DNA from: an uncultured Holophaga sp.
Lineage (GTDB): Bacteria; Acidobacteriota; Holophagae; Holophagales; Holophagaceae
Reading direction: 5' to 3'
NCBI GenBank assembly: GCA_963664825.1
Contig: OY761614.1
Span: forward strand, 448,001 to 512,000
Length of the DNA stretch: 64,000 nucleotides
In this document: one piece after another, positions 40,793 through 50,046 of the stretch
Layout: each line of letters starts with the position of its first letter
Numbering within the stretch: position 1 is the first letter of the stretch
The notes under the pieces: generated by a model
Told to the model about the DNA's origin: nothing
The model's input: the letters and a program-made list of their open reading frames with translations, nothing else
The model's database searches: none
Position numbers and translations under genes: made by a program

Positions 40793-41560
40793 ATGCGGAC
40801 ATCCTCGCCATCCCAGACCCCTTGCTGCAAGGGCTGGGAGCCTTTCTCTCATCAATCGGCCTCGGATATCGGCATTTTGGTTTCCCACGGGTTCACCGGC
40901 AGCACCAGCAGCGTGATCCATCTCGCCCGGAAACTGGCCGAGGCCGGGTATAACGTGGAATGCCCCTGCCTGTCGGGCCATGGAACACGCTGGGAAGACA
41001 TCCCGAAATTCGACGCGGAGGACTGGCTCCGGGACCTGGAGGTGGCCCTGGCCAGGCTGAAGGCCCGGTGCAGCACCGTCTTCGCCATGGGGCTCTCCAT
41101 GGGGGGAACCCTGGCGCTCCGGCTGGCCCAGCAGGATCCCTCCATCCGAGGCGTGGTCCTCATCAACCACGCCCTGGTCTTCAATAGCCGCCTCGTGCCG
41201 CTGGCTGGCCTGATCAAGCATCTGGTGGCCTCCGTGCCTTCCATCGCCTCGGACATCAAGGATCCGGCCGAGAAGGAGATCGCCTACGACCGAACCCCCC
41301 TGGCCGGGGTGCACCAGATCTACCGTCTCGCCCGAATGGCCAGGCGGGATCTCCCCCGGACGACCCAGCCCCTGCTCATCTTCAAATCCCGGGAGGACCA
41401 CCTGCTCTCCCCCCGGAACGCCCACATCACCTACCGGGAAGCGGGATCTGCCGAAAAGGAGATCGTCTGGCTGGAGAACTCGTACCACGTGGCCACGATG
41501 GATTTCGACAAGGATCTGATCGCGGAGCGCTGCGTGGAATTCGTGAAACGCCTGTCTTAG
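40793..41560 (+). CDS. Alpha/beta hydrolase (carboxylesterase/monoacylglycerol lipase-like)
   Basis: HGFTGS, LSGHG, GLSMGG nucleophile elbow, [11 protein letters not shown]. Confidence 0.88.
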   Translation: MRTSSPSQTPCCKGWEPFSHQSASDIGILVSHGFTGSTSSVIHLARKLAEAGYNVECPCLSGHGTRWEDIPKFDAEDWLRDLEVALARLKARCSTVFAMGLSMGGTLALRLAQQDPSIRGVVLINHALVFNSRLVPLAGLIKHLVASVPSIASDIKDPAEKEIAYDRTPLAGVHQIYRLARMARRDLPRTTQPLLIFKSREDHLLSPRNAHITYREAGSAEKEIVWLENSYHVATMDFDKDLIAERCVEFVKRLS

Positions 41561-41577
41561 CCGGGGGGCATGTGGCC

Positions 41578-43071
41578 ATGAAATACATGGGGGCCATCGA
41601 TCAGGGGACCACGAGCACGAGGTTCGTCCTCTTCGATTCAGAGGGTCGGGTCAAGGCCTCGGCCCAGAAGGAGCACCGCCAGATCTATCCCCAGCCCGGG
41701 TGGGTGGAACACGACCCCCTCGAGATCTGGGCCAACACCCAGGAAGTGATCCAGCGCGCCCTGCTGCAATCCGGCGTCCAGACCCGGGAAATCGGGGGCA
41801 TCGGCATCACCAACCAGCGGGAAACCACGATGCTGTGGGACCGGACCACGGGCAAGCCGCTCTACAACGCCATCGTCTGGCAGGACACCCGCACCGCCGA
41901 TCTCTGCACGGAGCTGGAGGCGCGGTGCGGCATGGACTCCATCCGCAGCCGCACGGGACTGCCCATCTCCACCTACTTCTCGGGGCCCAAGCTGCGCTGG
42001 ATCCTCTCGAACGTGCCTGGAGCCGCCCAGGCCGCCCGGGAAGGGAGGGCGCTCTTCGGCACCATGGACACCTGGATCATCTGGAATCTCACGGGGGGCC
42101 GCGCCCACGTCACCGATCCCTCCAACGCCAGCCGGACCATGCTCTACAACATCCACCGCCTGGAATGGGACGAGCGTCTCCTGGCCGACCAGGGAATTCC
42201 CGCCTCCATCCTGCCCAGCGTGCGCCCCTCCAGCGCTCCGGGAGGCTATGGCACGGTGCAGGTGGCTCCCCTGAAAGGCGTGCCCGTGTGCGGGGACCTG
42301 GGGGATCAGCAGGCGGCCCTCTTCGGCCAGGCCTGCTTCGAACCCGGAGAGGCCAAGAACACGTACGGCACGGGCTGTTTCCTGCTCATGAACACCGGGG
42401 AGAAGGCGGTGCCCTCCCGCCACGGCCTGCTCACCACCATCGCCTATCAGATGGGCGACCGCCCCGTGTGCTACGCCCTGGAGGGCTCCATCGCCATCGC
42501 CGGCTCCCTGGTCCAGTGGGCCCGGGACAAGATGGAACTGGTGACCAGCGCCGCGGAGATCAACGTTCTGGCCGCCCGGGTGCCCGACAACGGCGGGGTC
42601 TACGTGGTGCCGGCCTTCTCCGGGCTCTTCGCCCCCCACTGGCGCAAGGATGCCCGGGGGATCATCGCCGGGCTCACCCATTTCGCAGGCCGGGCCCATA
42701 TCGCCCGGGCCATCCTGGAGGCCACGGCCTACCAGACCCGGGATATCTTCCAGGCCATGGCGGAGGATTCCCGAGTCTCCCTCAAGGCCCTGAAGGTGGA
42801 TGGGGGCATGACCGCCAGTTCCCTGCTGATGCAGTTCCAGGCCGATATCCTGGGTGTGCCGGTCATCCAGCCGGTGGTGGCGGAGACGACATCGCTGGGG
42901 GCGGCCTACGCCGCAGGGCTCGCGGTGGGTTTCTGGAAGGACGAGGCGTCCCTTCGGGCCAACTGGGCCAAGGCCGCGGAGTGGCGGCCCTCCATGGACA
43001 CCGCCACCCGCGAGCGCCTCTGCGCCGGTTGGCAGAAGGCCATCGAACGCAGCCTGGGCTGGGAGGAATGA
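41578..43071 (+). CDS. glpK: Glycerol kinase
   Basis: [51 protein letters not shown]. Confidence 0.96.
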   Translation: MKYMGAIDQGTTSTRFVLFDSEGRVKASAQKEHRQIYPQPGWVEHDPLEIWANTQEVIQRALLQSGVQTREIGGIGITNQRETTMLWDRTTGKPLYNAIVWQDTRTADLCTELEARCGMDSIRSRTGLPISTYFSGPKLRWILSNVPGAAQAAREGRALFGTMDTWIIWNLTGGRAHVTDPSNASRTMLYNIHRLEWDERLLADQGIPASILPSVRPSSAPGGYGTVQVAPLKGVPVCGDLGDQQAALFGQACFEPGEAKNTYGTGCFLLMNTGEKAVPSRHGLLTTIAYQMGDRPVCYALEGSIAIAGSLVQWARDKMELVTSAAEINVLAARVPDNGGVYVVPAFSGLFAPHWRKDARGIIAGLTHFAGRAHIARAILEATAYQTRDIFQAMAEDSRVSLKALKVDGGMTASSLLMQFQADILGVPVIQPVVAETTSLGAAYAAGLAVGFWKDEASLRANWAKAAEWRPSMDTATRERLCAGWQKAIERSLGWEE

Positions 43072-44541
43072 ATGGGTGACGCTTTCGACGTGATCATCAT
43101 CGGCGCAGGAATCGTCGGGGCCATGGTGGCTCGGCAGCTCTCCCGCTTCGATCTGAAGGTGCTGCTGCTAGAGAAGGAATGCGATATCGGCATGGGCGCC
43201 AGTTCGGCCAATAGCGCCATCCTCCACGCGGGCTTCGATCCCAAACCCGGATCCCTCAAAGCTAGGCTCAACGTGGCGGGCAACAAGGCCTGGGACACCC
43301 TGTGCCTGGACCTGGATATCCCCCTGCGGCGCACGGGCAGCTACGTGGTGGCCATCGGGGAGGAGGAACTGCCCACCCTGGAAGGGCTCTTCAAGCAGGG
43401 ACTGGATAACGGCGTCCCCGGGCTTCGGCTCATCCAGCGCTCTGAAATGCTCACACGGGAGCCCCTCATCAACCCTGCGGTGGCCGGAGCACTCTTCGCC
43501 CCCACAGCCGGGGTGGTGGATCCCTTCCAGGCCGTGATCGCCGCGGCGGAGAACGCCGTGGCCAATGGCGTCACGGTGATGCTCAATTGCGCCTTCGAGG
43601 ACTTCGAGCGGAAGGACGGCCGGATCAGCGCGGTGAAGACCAGCCGGGGCACCTTCCCCTGCCGCTTCGCGGTGAACTGCGCCGGGGCCGGGGCCGCCCG
43701 GGTGCTGAATGCCGCCCTTCCCGGATCCACCACCCAGCTCCAGTTGCGGCGGGGCGAGTACCTCATCTATGACCAGAGCGAGATCATCCTGAACAATGTC
43801 CTGTTCCCCACCCCCAGCGAGAAGGGGAAGGGGATCATCGTCTCCACCACCACCCACGGCAACGTGATGATCGGCCCCAACTCCAACTTCGTGGAAAGCC
43901 AGGACGAGAGGGGGACGACTCCGGAAGGCCTGGACGAGATTCTCGGCCATGCCAAGCGCCTGGTCCCCTCCATGGGGACCCAGGGCATCGTGGCCCAGTA
44001 CGCGGGGCTGCGAGCCTGCGCCGAGCCCGATGATTTCACCGTGGAGGCCCCCCGGGAGGCGCCGGGTTTCATCAATGTGTTCGGCATCAATTCCCCAGGC
44101 TTCGTCTCAGCCCCGGCCATCGCGGACCTGGTCCGGGACCTCCTGCGGGAAGAGGGGCTGGAACTGAGACCCCGCTGGGAGTTCCGACCCGAGCGCAGGG
44201 CCTCTCCCCGCTACCACGCCCTCTCCCACAGGGAAAAGGCGGAACTCATCGCCCGGGAACCCGCGTACGGCCGCATCGTGTGCCGCTGCGAGGAGATCAC
44301 CGAAGGGGAGATCATTGCCGCCATCCATTCCCCCATCCCGGCCACCACCTATGATGCGGTGAAGCGGCGCACCTGGCTGGGCACCGGCCGCTGCCAGGGC
44401 GGCTTCGACTACCCGAGGGTGCTGGAGATCCTGTCCCGGGAGCTGGGCATTCCCCTCTCAAGCGTGACCAAGAAGGGCCCGGGTTCGGAATTCATCCACC
44501 GGGGCACCAAGGACCTGGAGGCCCCCCATGGAACGCTGTGA
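43072..44541 (+). CDS. FAD-dependent oxidoreductase with C-terminal BFD-like [2Fe-2S] domain (G3P dehydrogenase alpha-like)
   Basis: IIGAGIVG, NSAILHAG, IVCRCEEITEGEI, GRCQGGF. Confidence 0.85.
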   Translation: MGDAFDVIIIGAGIVGAMVARQLSRFDLKVLLLEKECDIGMGASSANSAILHAGFDPKPGSLKARLNVAGNKAWDTLCLDLDIPLRRTGSYVVAIGEEELPTLEGLFKQGLDNGVPGLRLIQRSEMLTREPLINPAVAGALFAPTAGVVDPFQAVIAAAENAVANGVTVMLNCAFEDFERKDGRISAVKTSRGTFPCRFAVNCAGAGAARVLNAALPGSTTQLQLRRGEYLIYDQSEIILNNVLFPTPSEKGKGIIVSTTTHGNVMIGPNSNFVESQDERGTTPEGLDEILGHAKRLVPSMGTQGIVAQYAGLRACAEPDDFTVEAPREAPGFINVFGINSPGFVSAPAIADLVRDLLREEGLELRPRWEFRPERRASPRYHALSHREKAELIAREPAYGRIVCRCEEITEGEIIAAIHSPIPATTYDAVKRRTWLGTGRCQGGFDYPRVLEILSRELGIPLSSVTKKGPGSEFIHRGTKDLEAPHGTL

Positions 44542-45823
44542 CGTCGCCATCATCGGAGGCGGCCCAGCCGGCATGGCCGCGGCCGTGGAGGCCCGCAGGC
44601 ACGGGGCCGAGAAGGTCATCATCCTGGAGCGGAACCGCGATCTGGGGGGCATCCTGCCCCAGTGCATCCACAACGGCTTCGGATCGGTGCTCTTCAAGAA
44701 GGACTATCCCGGCCCCCATTACGCCGATCTCTTCATCCAGCAGGTGCGGGAGGGAGGCATCGATGTGCGCCTGGATACGACAGTATTGGAACTGATGCCC
44801 TCCCGCACCCTCTACGCCACCAGCAGCGCCAATGGCTTCCAAGAAATCCAGGCGGGAGCCGTGGTGCTGGCCATGGGCTGCCGGGAGCGCACCCGCGCCC
44901 AGATCCGGGTGGCGGGAGAGCGCCCGGTGGGGGTCTACACAGCCGGGACCGTGCAGCGCCTGGTCAACATGGAAGGACTGATGCCCGGGAAGGAATTCGT
45001 CATCCTGGGTTCCGGGGATATCGGCATGATCATGGCGCGGCGCCTCACCCTTGAGGGGGCGAAGGTCAGGTGCGTGCTGGAGGCCCTGCCCTTCCTGACG
45101 GGACTCCGGCGCAACTACGTGCAGTGCCTCCAGGACTACGCCATCCCCCTCTCCCTTTCCACCACCATCCGTCGGATCATGGGCAAACAGCGGGTGGAGG
45201 CCGTGGAGACCGTGAGCGTGGACGGGGAGCTCCGCCCCATCCCGGGCACCGAATCCATCATTGCCTGCGATACGGTGCTGCTCTCCATCGGACTCATCCC
45301 CGAGAACGAGCTCTCCCGCAAGGCCGGGGTCAACCTGGACGAGCGCACCTCCGGTCCCCTGGTGAACGAGCGGATGGAAACCTCCATCCCGGGGATCTTC
45401 GCGGCCGGGAACGTGGTGGCCATCTACGATCTCGTGGACTACGTGAGCAAGGCGGGCATGACAGCGGGCCGTGAGGCCGCTGCGTACGCCACGGCGGGCA
45501 GGACGGAACGGGACACACTGCCCATCGCCCTCATACCGGGCCAGGGCGTCCGCACGCTCATCCCCCAGACCCTCAATGGAGATGCGCCCTCGGACACGGA
45601 GATCCATCTGGAATTCCGGGTGGATCGGGTCTACGACCGGAAGGTCCGCTTCGACCTCACGGACGGCCTCCGGGTCTTCCACAGCTTCAAGGAACCCTAT
45701 GCCCGGCCCGCAGAGATGGTGATCCACCGATTCAAGGTGGGAGCCCTGCTGGAGGCTATGGGGCCGGGGGTGAAGACCCTCGAACTCCGTGTGGTGGAGA
45801 TGGAGGCCGCACATGCCCAATGA
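44528..45823 (+). CDS. NAD(P)/FAD-dependent oxidoreductase (partner subunit)
   Basis: IGGGPAG, LGGILPQCIHNGFG, AMGCRER, GSGDIGMIMARR, GIFAAGNV. Confidence 0.85.
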   Translation: MERCDVAIIGGGPAGMAAAVEARRHGAEKVIILERNRDLGGILPQCIHNGFGSVLFKKDYPGPHYADLFIQQVREGGIDVRLDTTVLELMPSRTLYATSSANGFQEIQAGAVVLAMGCRERTRAQIRVAGERPVGVYTAGTVQRLVNMEGLMPGKEFVILGSGDIGMIMARRLTLEGAKVRCVLEALPFLTGLRRNYVQCLQDYAIPLSLSTTIRRIMGKQRVEAVETVSVDGELRPIPGTESIIACDTVLLSIGLIPENELSRKAGVNLDERTSGPLVNERMETSIPGIFAAGNVVAIYDLVDYVSKAGMTAGREAAAYATAGRTERDTLPIALIPGQGVRTLIPQTLNGDAPSDTEIHLEFRVDRVYDRKVRFDLTDGLRVFHSFKEPYARPAEMVIHRFKVGALLEAMGPGVKTLELRVVEMEAAHAQ

Positions 45824-46196
45824 CCCGCGCGCCTACATCTGCATCCGCTGCCCCAGGGGCTGCGAGGTGCGGTTCGATCTGGACGAGGAAGGACAGATCC
45901 AGGATCTGACGGGGAATTTCTGCAAGCTGGGGGAGACCTACGTCCGGAGTGAGCTCACCGATCCCCGCCGGACACTCACGACGCTTGTCAGGGTGCGTAA
46001 CGGTGTCAGCCCTCTCGTGCCCGTCTGGACCGAGGAACCCGTGCCCAAGGACCGTGTGCTGGAACTGGCCGAGATGCTTCGGGGCATCATCCTGGAGGCT
46101 CCCGTAAAAATAGGCCAGGTAGTGCTGGCCGATCCCCTGGGGGTGGGCATTCCCGTGGTGGCCAGCGGCAACGTGGAAGCAGAGGCAACGCGATGA
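45813..46196 (+). CDS. DUF1667-type small CxxC protein
   Basis: CIRCPRGC, GNFC..GETY..E.TDPRRTLTT, APVKIGQV. Confidence 0.85.
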   Translation: MPNDPRAYICIRCPRGCEVRFDLDEEGQIQDLTGNFCKLGETYVRSELTDPRRTLTTLVRVRNGVSPLVPVWTEEPVPKDRVLELAEMLRGIILEAPVKIGQVVLADPLGVGIPVVASGNVEAEATR

Positions 46197-46798
46197 ATCG
46201 ATTCAGTCTCGTATCCATGATCGCTCTCTTCCTGGTGCTACCCGCTCTGGGCGCCCCCGTGACGGTTGGACAGAAACTGCCGGATATCCAGATCCCCAGG
46301 AAGGGCCTCCTGGTGCCTCGCACCAAGGTGGTCGACAGGAGGATGGTGCTTTCGGGCAGGGAGATCGGCTACCGGGCCTGGAATTCCCGGGAGGGGGCCG
46401 GGAAGGTCCGCACCATCTACCACCTGGCCGCCCGCATGGGGGTCGACGATCTCAACAAGGCCTATATCGATGCCCTCATCGCGGCCCAACTGCCCGAGTT
46501 CACGCCGGACGCCCCCTACAAGACCATCACGATCCTCAACCTGGACGACGCCTTGTGGGGCACCGTGGGCCTGGGGAAGAGCCGCCTGGAGGAGAGCCAG
46601 CGCAGGCATCCCTACGCCGTCCATGTGATGGACGACCTGGGCATCGCTCGGGCGGCCTGGAATCTCCAGCCCAAGAATTCCGCGGTGATCGTGCTGGACC
46701 GGGACAATTCGGTACTCTTCTTCAAGGAGGGCAGGCTCAGCTCCGACGAGATCCGGAAGGCCGTGGACATCATCAAGGCCAAGGTCGGGCTGAAGTAG
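46193..46798 (+). CDS. YtfJ-family exported protein
   Basis: Signal peptide; GKVRTIYHLAAR, TITILNLDDALWGT, AVIVLD...VLFFKEG.LS. Confidence 0.8.
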   Translation: MNRFSLVSMIALFLVLPALGAPVTVGQKLPDIQIPRKGLLVPRTKVVDRRMVLSGREIGYRAWNSREGAGKVRTIYHLAARMGVDDLNKAYIDALIAAQLPEFTPDAPYKTITILNLDDALWGTVGLGKSRLEESQRRHPYAVHVMDDLGIARAAWNLQPKNSAVIVLDRDNSVLFFKEGRLSSDEIRKAVDIIKAKVGLK

Positions 46799-46811
46799 GC
46801 AGGGGGAGACC

Positions 46812-48179
46812 ATGGAGATCAACACGACCCTCGAGGCCCAGCGGGCCTTCTTCGCCACCCACCAGACGAAGGAACTGGGTTTCCGGCTCGAGGCCCTGAA
46901 AAAGCTCGAGAGGGCGATCCTCGCCCACGAACAGCGGCTGTACGCCGCCATGCAGGCGGATTTCCGCAAGCCGATCTTCGAATCCTACGCCACGGAAATC
47001 GGGCTGGTCCTTTCGGAGATCCGCTTCCACCGCCGGCATCTGCGGAAGTGGATGCGACCCGAAAGCGTGGCGGGCGATCTGGTGAACTTCCCCTCCAGCA
47101 GCCGGATCTACCGGGAGCCCTATGGGGTCGCCCTCATCATCGCCCCCTGGAACTACCCCTTCCAGCTCCTCATCAACCCCCTGGTGGGGGCCATTTCCGC
47201 AGGCAATTGCGCCATCCTCAAGCCCGCCGACTACACCACCCACACGGCCCAGGCCATCGCCGACATGATCCGGGAGGTCTTCGAACCCCGGTACATCGCC
47301 GTCTTCACGGGAGGCCGCACCGTCATCCAAGCCCTCCTGGAGGAACGCTTCGATACGATCTTTTTCACCGGGAGCCCCGCCCTGGGGAGCCTGGTGATGG
47401 AGAAGGCCTCCCGCCATCTCACGCCTGTGTCGCTAGAACTGGGCGGCAAGAGCCCGTGCATCGTGGACGCGGACGCGAACCTGGAGATTGCCGCCCGGCG
47501 CATCGCCTGGGGGAAGTTCCTGAACGCAGGCCAGACCTGCGTGGCCCCGGACTACCTGCTGGTCCACCGCTCCGTGAAGGAAGCCCTGGTGGCAGGACTG
47601 AAGCAGGCCATCACCCGCATGTACGGGGAGGAGCCCCTGCAGAGCCCCGATTTCGCCCGCATCATCAACGACAAGCAGATGGCCCACCTGAAACGGATGC
47701 TTTCCACAGGCACTGTCCTGTGCGGAGGCGAGGTGATCGAAGGCGAGCGCTACGTGGCGCCGACCCTGCTGGAACCGGCCAGCCTGGAAGACCCGGTCAT
47801 GCAGGAGGAGATCTTCGGACCCATCCTGCCCGTGCTCACCTTCGAGTCCCTCGAGCAAGTCATCGCCCTGGTGAACTCCCGTCCCAAGCCCCTGGCCTTC
47901 TACTTCTTCTCGGGCAGTCGCCGCAGCCAGGAATACCTGCTCTCCCGCACCTCTTCGGGAGGGGGCTGCATCAACGAGGTGGTGGCCCATCTGGCCAATC
48001 ACGCCATGCCCTTCGGGGGCGTGGGCGGCAGCGGCATGGGCGGCTACCACGGCTGGTACAGCTTCGAGGCCTTCTCCCACCGGCGCTCCATCCTCAAGAA
48101 GGCCACCTGGCTGGACGTGCCCCTGCGCTACGCACCCTATGCGGGCAAGCTGGGGATCGTGAAGTGGATCCTGAGGTAG
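46812..48179 (+). CDS. Aldehyde dehydrogenase, family 3 (fatty-aldehyde type)
   Basis: PWNYP, FFTGS, LELGGKSP, NAGQTCVAPDY, EEIFGP, PFGGVG.SGMG.YHG. Confidence 0.92.
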   Translation: MEINTTLEAQRAFFATHQTKELGFRLEALKKLERAILAHEQRLYAAMQADFRKPIFESYATEIGLVLSEIRFHRRHLRKWMRPESVAGDLVNFPSSSRIYREPYGVALIIAPWNYPFQLLINPLVGAISAGNCAILKPADYTTHTAQAIADMIREVFEPRYIAVFTGGRTVIQALLEERFDTIFFTGSPALGSLVMEKASRHLTPVSLELGGKSPCIVDADANLEIAARRIAWGKFLNAGQTCVAPDYLLVHRSVKEALVAGLKQAITRMYGEEPLQSPDFARIINDKQMAHLKRMLSTGTVLCGGEVIEGERYVAPTLLEPASLEDPVMQEEIFGPILPVLTFESLEQVIALVNSRPKPLAFYFFSGSRRSQEYLLSRTSSGGGCINEVVAHLANHAMPFGGVGGSGMGGYHGWYSFEAFSHRRSILKKATWLDVPLRYAPYAGKLGIVKWILR

Positions 48180-48185
48180 GCGGCC

Positions 48186-49226
48186 TCACCACACCGATAG
48201 ATGGATCTCCGTGAGGCCCTTCATCCGGTCCAGCTGAATGGTGCGTCCACCTTCCCCGGTCAGGCTTCCGGAAAATTCCCCGAAGAACTGGCGGAAGTTG
48301 ACCCTGAGGAAGGGCAGGCTGGTCTTCTCGGCCCGTTCCCCCAGGGGCTTGAAGCGCAGCTCCACCCGGCCATCCTCGGTGAAGATCCGCCAATCCTCCG
48401 CGTAGGGGTTCTCCGGGTCGTACTGGAAGATCACACAGGGGATCCGGGTGCGCTCTGGGCCGATCCAGAAGGCGTTTTCCGGATAGTAGGACTCGTTGAC
48501 CAGGGCCGCGAAATTGGCGCCCACGGGGGTGCCGTCGGGCAGCAGGCCGCAGAGGGCGGCCCAGAGCCAGTTGGTGTGGCGGTTGAAGTACCCGCAGGAC
48601 CAATCGTAGAGGGCCGTCGTGCGGGCCAGATCGAACTCCCGAGGCGCGCCGTCGAAGCGCACGGAGAGGGATTCTGGACGCAGGGGGGAACACTTTTCCG
48701 TGAAGGTGAACCGATTGGGATCGCCGCAGCTGGGATTCACCACCCGCAGAGGCTTGTGGCCGAAACCGTAGGGGAAGGTCCCCTCCACGCAGAGGCGCTT
48801 CCCGAAGCTGGCTTCCACATCCAGGAGCCCCCGATCGTGGGATTTATCGATACGGAGCCAGCACCCGGAGCCCTGGAATTCGATCACGGATTCGTCGGGG
48901 TTCAGTGGAAAGGAAAGCCTGGATGAGAGGGCCTTGGCGGCACCCTCGAAGAGCTCCCCCGTGCGGAAATCGAAGAGGTAGCCGAACACATTGGCCGCGT
49001 ATCCCAGTTGCACGGCGGCCAGGCCAAGCAGGAAATCCTCTCCCACGATGCCCAGGTAGTTGAAGGCCCCAAGAGCGAACCTCTTGCGCAACCCCGTGAG
49101 CTCCCGGCCGAAGAAGTTCCGGAGACGGAAGGCCTCCGGGTTGAAGTGGATGGGGCCGTCGAAGCAGCCGAAGTTGACGCGTCCCCCTTCGGTGATGAGG
49201 ACGTGCGATTGATGGGATCGGGTCAT
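48186..49226 (-). CDS. DUF2804-like hypothetical protein
   Basis: YDWSCGY..RHTNWLWA, ENAFW, VELRFKP, NFRQFFG.FSG, G..E.H...W pattern, recalled as typical of DUF2804. Confidence 0.7.
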   Translation of the reverse strand: MTRSHQSHVLITEGGRVNFGCFDGPIHFNPEAFRLRNFFGRELTGLRKRFALGAFNYLGIVGEDFLLGLAAVQLGYAANVFGYLFDFRTGELFEGAAKALSSRLSFPLNPDESVIEFQGSGCWLRIDKSHDRGLLDVEASFGKRLCVEGTFPYGFGHKPLRVVNPSCGDPNRFTFTEKCSPLRPESLSVRFDGAPREFDLARTTALYDWSCGYFNRHTNWLWAALCGLLPDGTPVGANFAALVNESYYPENAFWIGPERTRIPCVIFQYDPENPYAEDWRIFTEDGRVELRFKPLGERAEKTSLPFLRVNFRQFFGEFSGSLTGEGGRTIQLDRMKGLTEIHLSVW

Positions 49227-49256
49227 GGCGCATCCGGGTTTCCTCCAGAATACGCA

Positions 49257-49294
49257 TTGACAGGGGAAATCAAGAAGTATACTTGTCTAGACAA
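49257..49294 (+). promoter_or_regulatory. Promoter and GntR/HutC-type operator
   Basis: TTGACA at 49257-49262, TATACT at 49278-49283 (15-nt spacer, short), perfect palindrome TTGTCTAGACAA at 49283-49294. Confidence 0.7.
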
Positions 49295-49314
49295 TACCCC
49301 AAAGGCAGCCTTCC

Positions 49315-50046
49315 ATGAAAACCACCCTCGCCGCTTCCATCCGGGAAGGCATCCGTTTGAGGATCGAGACCGGGGAATGGGAGAGCCGGATTCCCTCGGA
49401 GCCAGAACTGGCCATGCTCTTCGGGGCCAGCCGGGAGACGGTCCGCAAGGCCCTGGCCGCCCTGGAAGCGGAGGGCCTGCTCTACCGGATCCACGGCAAG
49501 GGGACCTTCGTGGATGCGGCGCTCTCCTTCAATCCCCTCTCCGATGCCCTCTCCATCACGGAGGAACTGGCCCATTCGCACCTGCCCGTGAAGAATGTCG
49601 TGCTGGAATCCGGGTGGATCCCCCCCAGGGAAATCCCGTCGACCTTCCTCCGGAACGCCTTTGGCGAGGACGCCCGCGTCTTCCGGCTGAAGCGCCTGCG
49701 CATGAGCCGGGATCAAACCTGGGCCGTGGAGATCTCCTATTTCCGGGAGAGCGTGTTCCCGGGGCTCGAAGCGGTGGACTTCAAAGGTTCCCTCCACGAC
49801 CTGATGACCTCCAGGTATCGCCTGTCCCCGGATCGGGTGAGGAACCGCCTCCAGGCCCTGGATTTCCGATTGAAGGCCGACAGGGACCTCGCCGGAGCGC
49901 TGGGGAGCAGGCAGGCCGTTCGCGTGGAGCGGGTCCTGGACCGGAAGCGGCATATCTACTACGCCGTCAGTTTCACCATGCGCACGGATCTGTATCCGCT
50001 GGAATTCACGCAACTGCCCGCACGTTCGGGGGGGGGGATCCGATGA
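49315..50046 (+). CDS. GntR-family regulator, HutC/UTRA subfamily
   Basis: IPSEPELA..FGASRETVRKAL..L..EGLLYRIHGKGTFV; UTRA-like C-terminus. Confidence 0.9.
   Translation: MKTTLAASIREGIRLRIETGEWESRIPSEPELAMLFGASRETVRKALAALEAEGLLYRIHGKGTFVDAALSFNPLSDALSITEELAHSHLPVKNVVLESGWIPPREIPSTFLRNAFGEDARVFRLKRLRMSRDQTWAVEISYFRESVFPGLEAVDFKGSLHDLMTSRYRLSPDRVRNRLQALDFRLKADRDLAGALGSRQAVRVERVLDRKRHIYYAVSFTMRTDLYPLEFTQLPARSGGGIR

Noticed and set aside
49008..50042. 914-aa GlpD fusion in the ORF track
   Set aside because: The upstream part is an off-frame read-through of gntR; the real start is 50043
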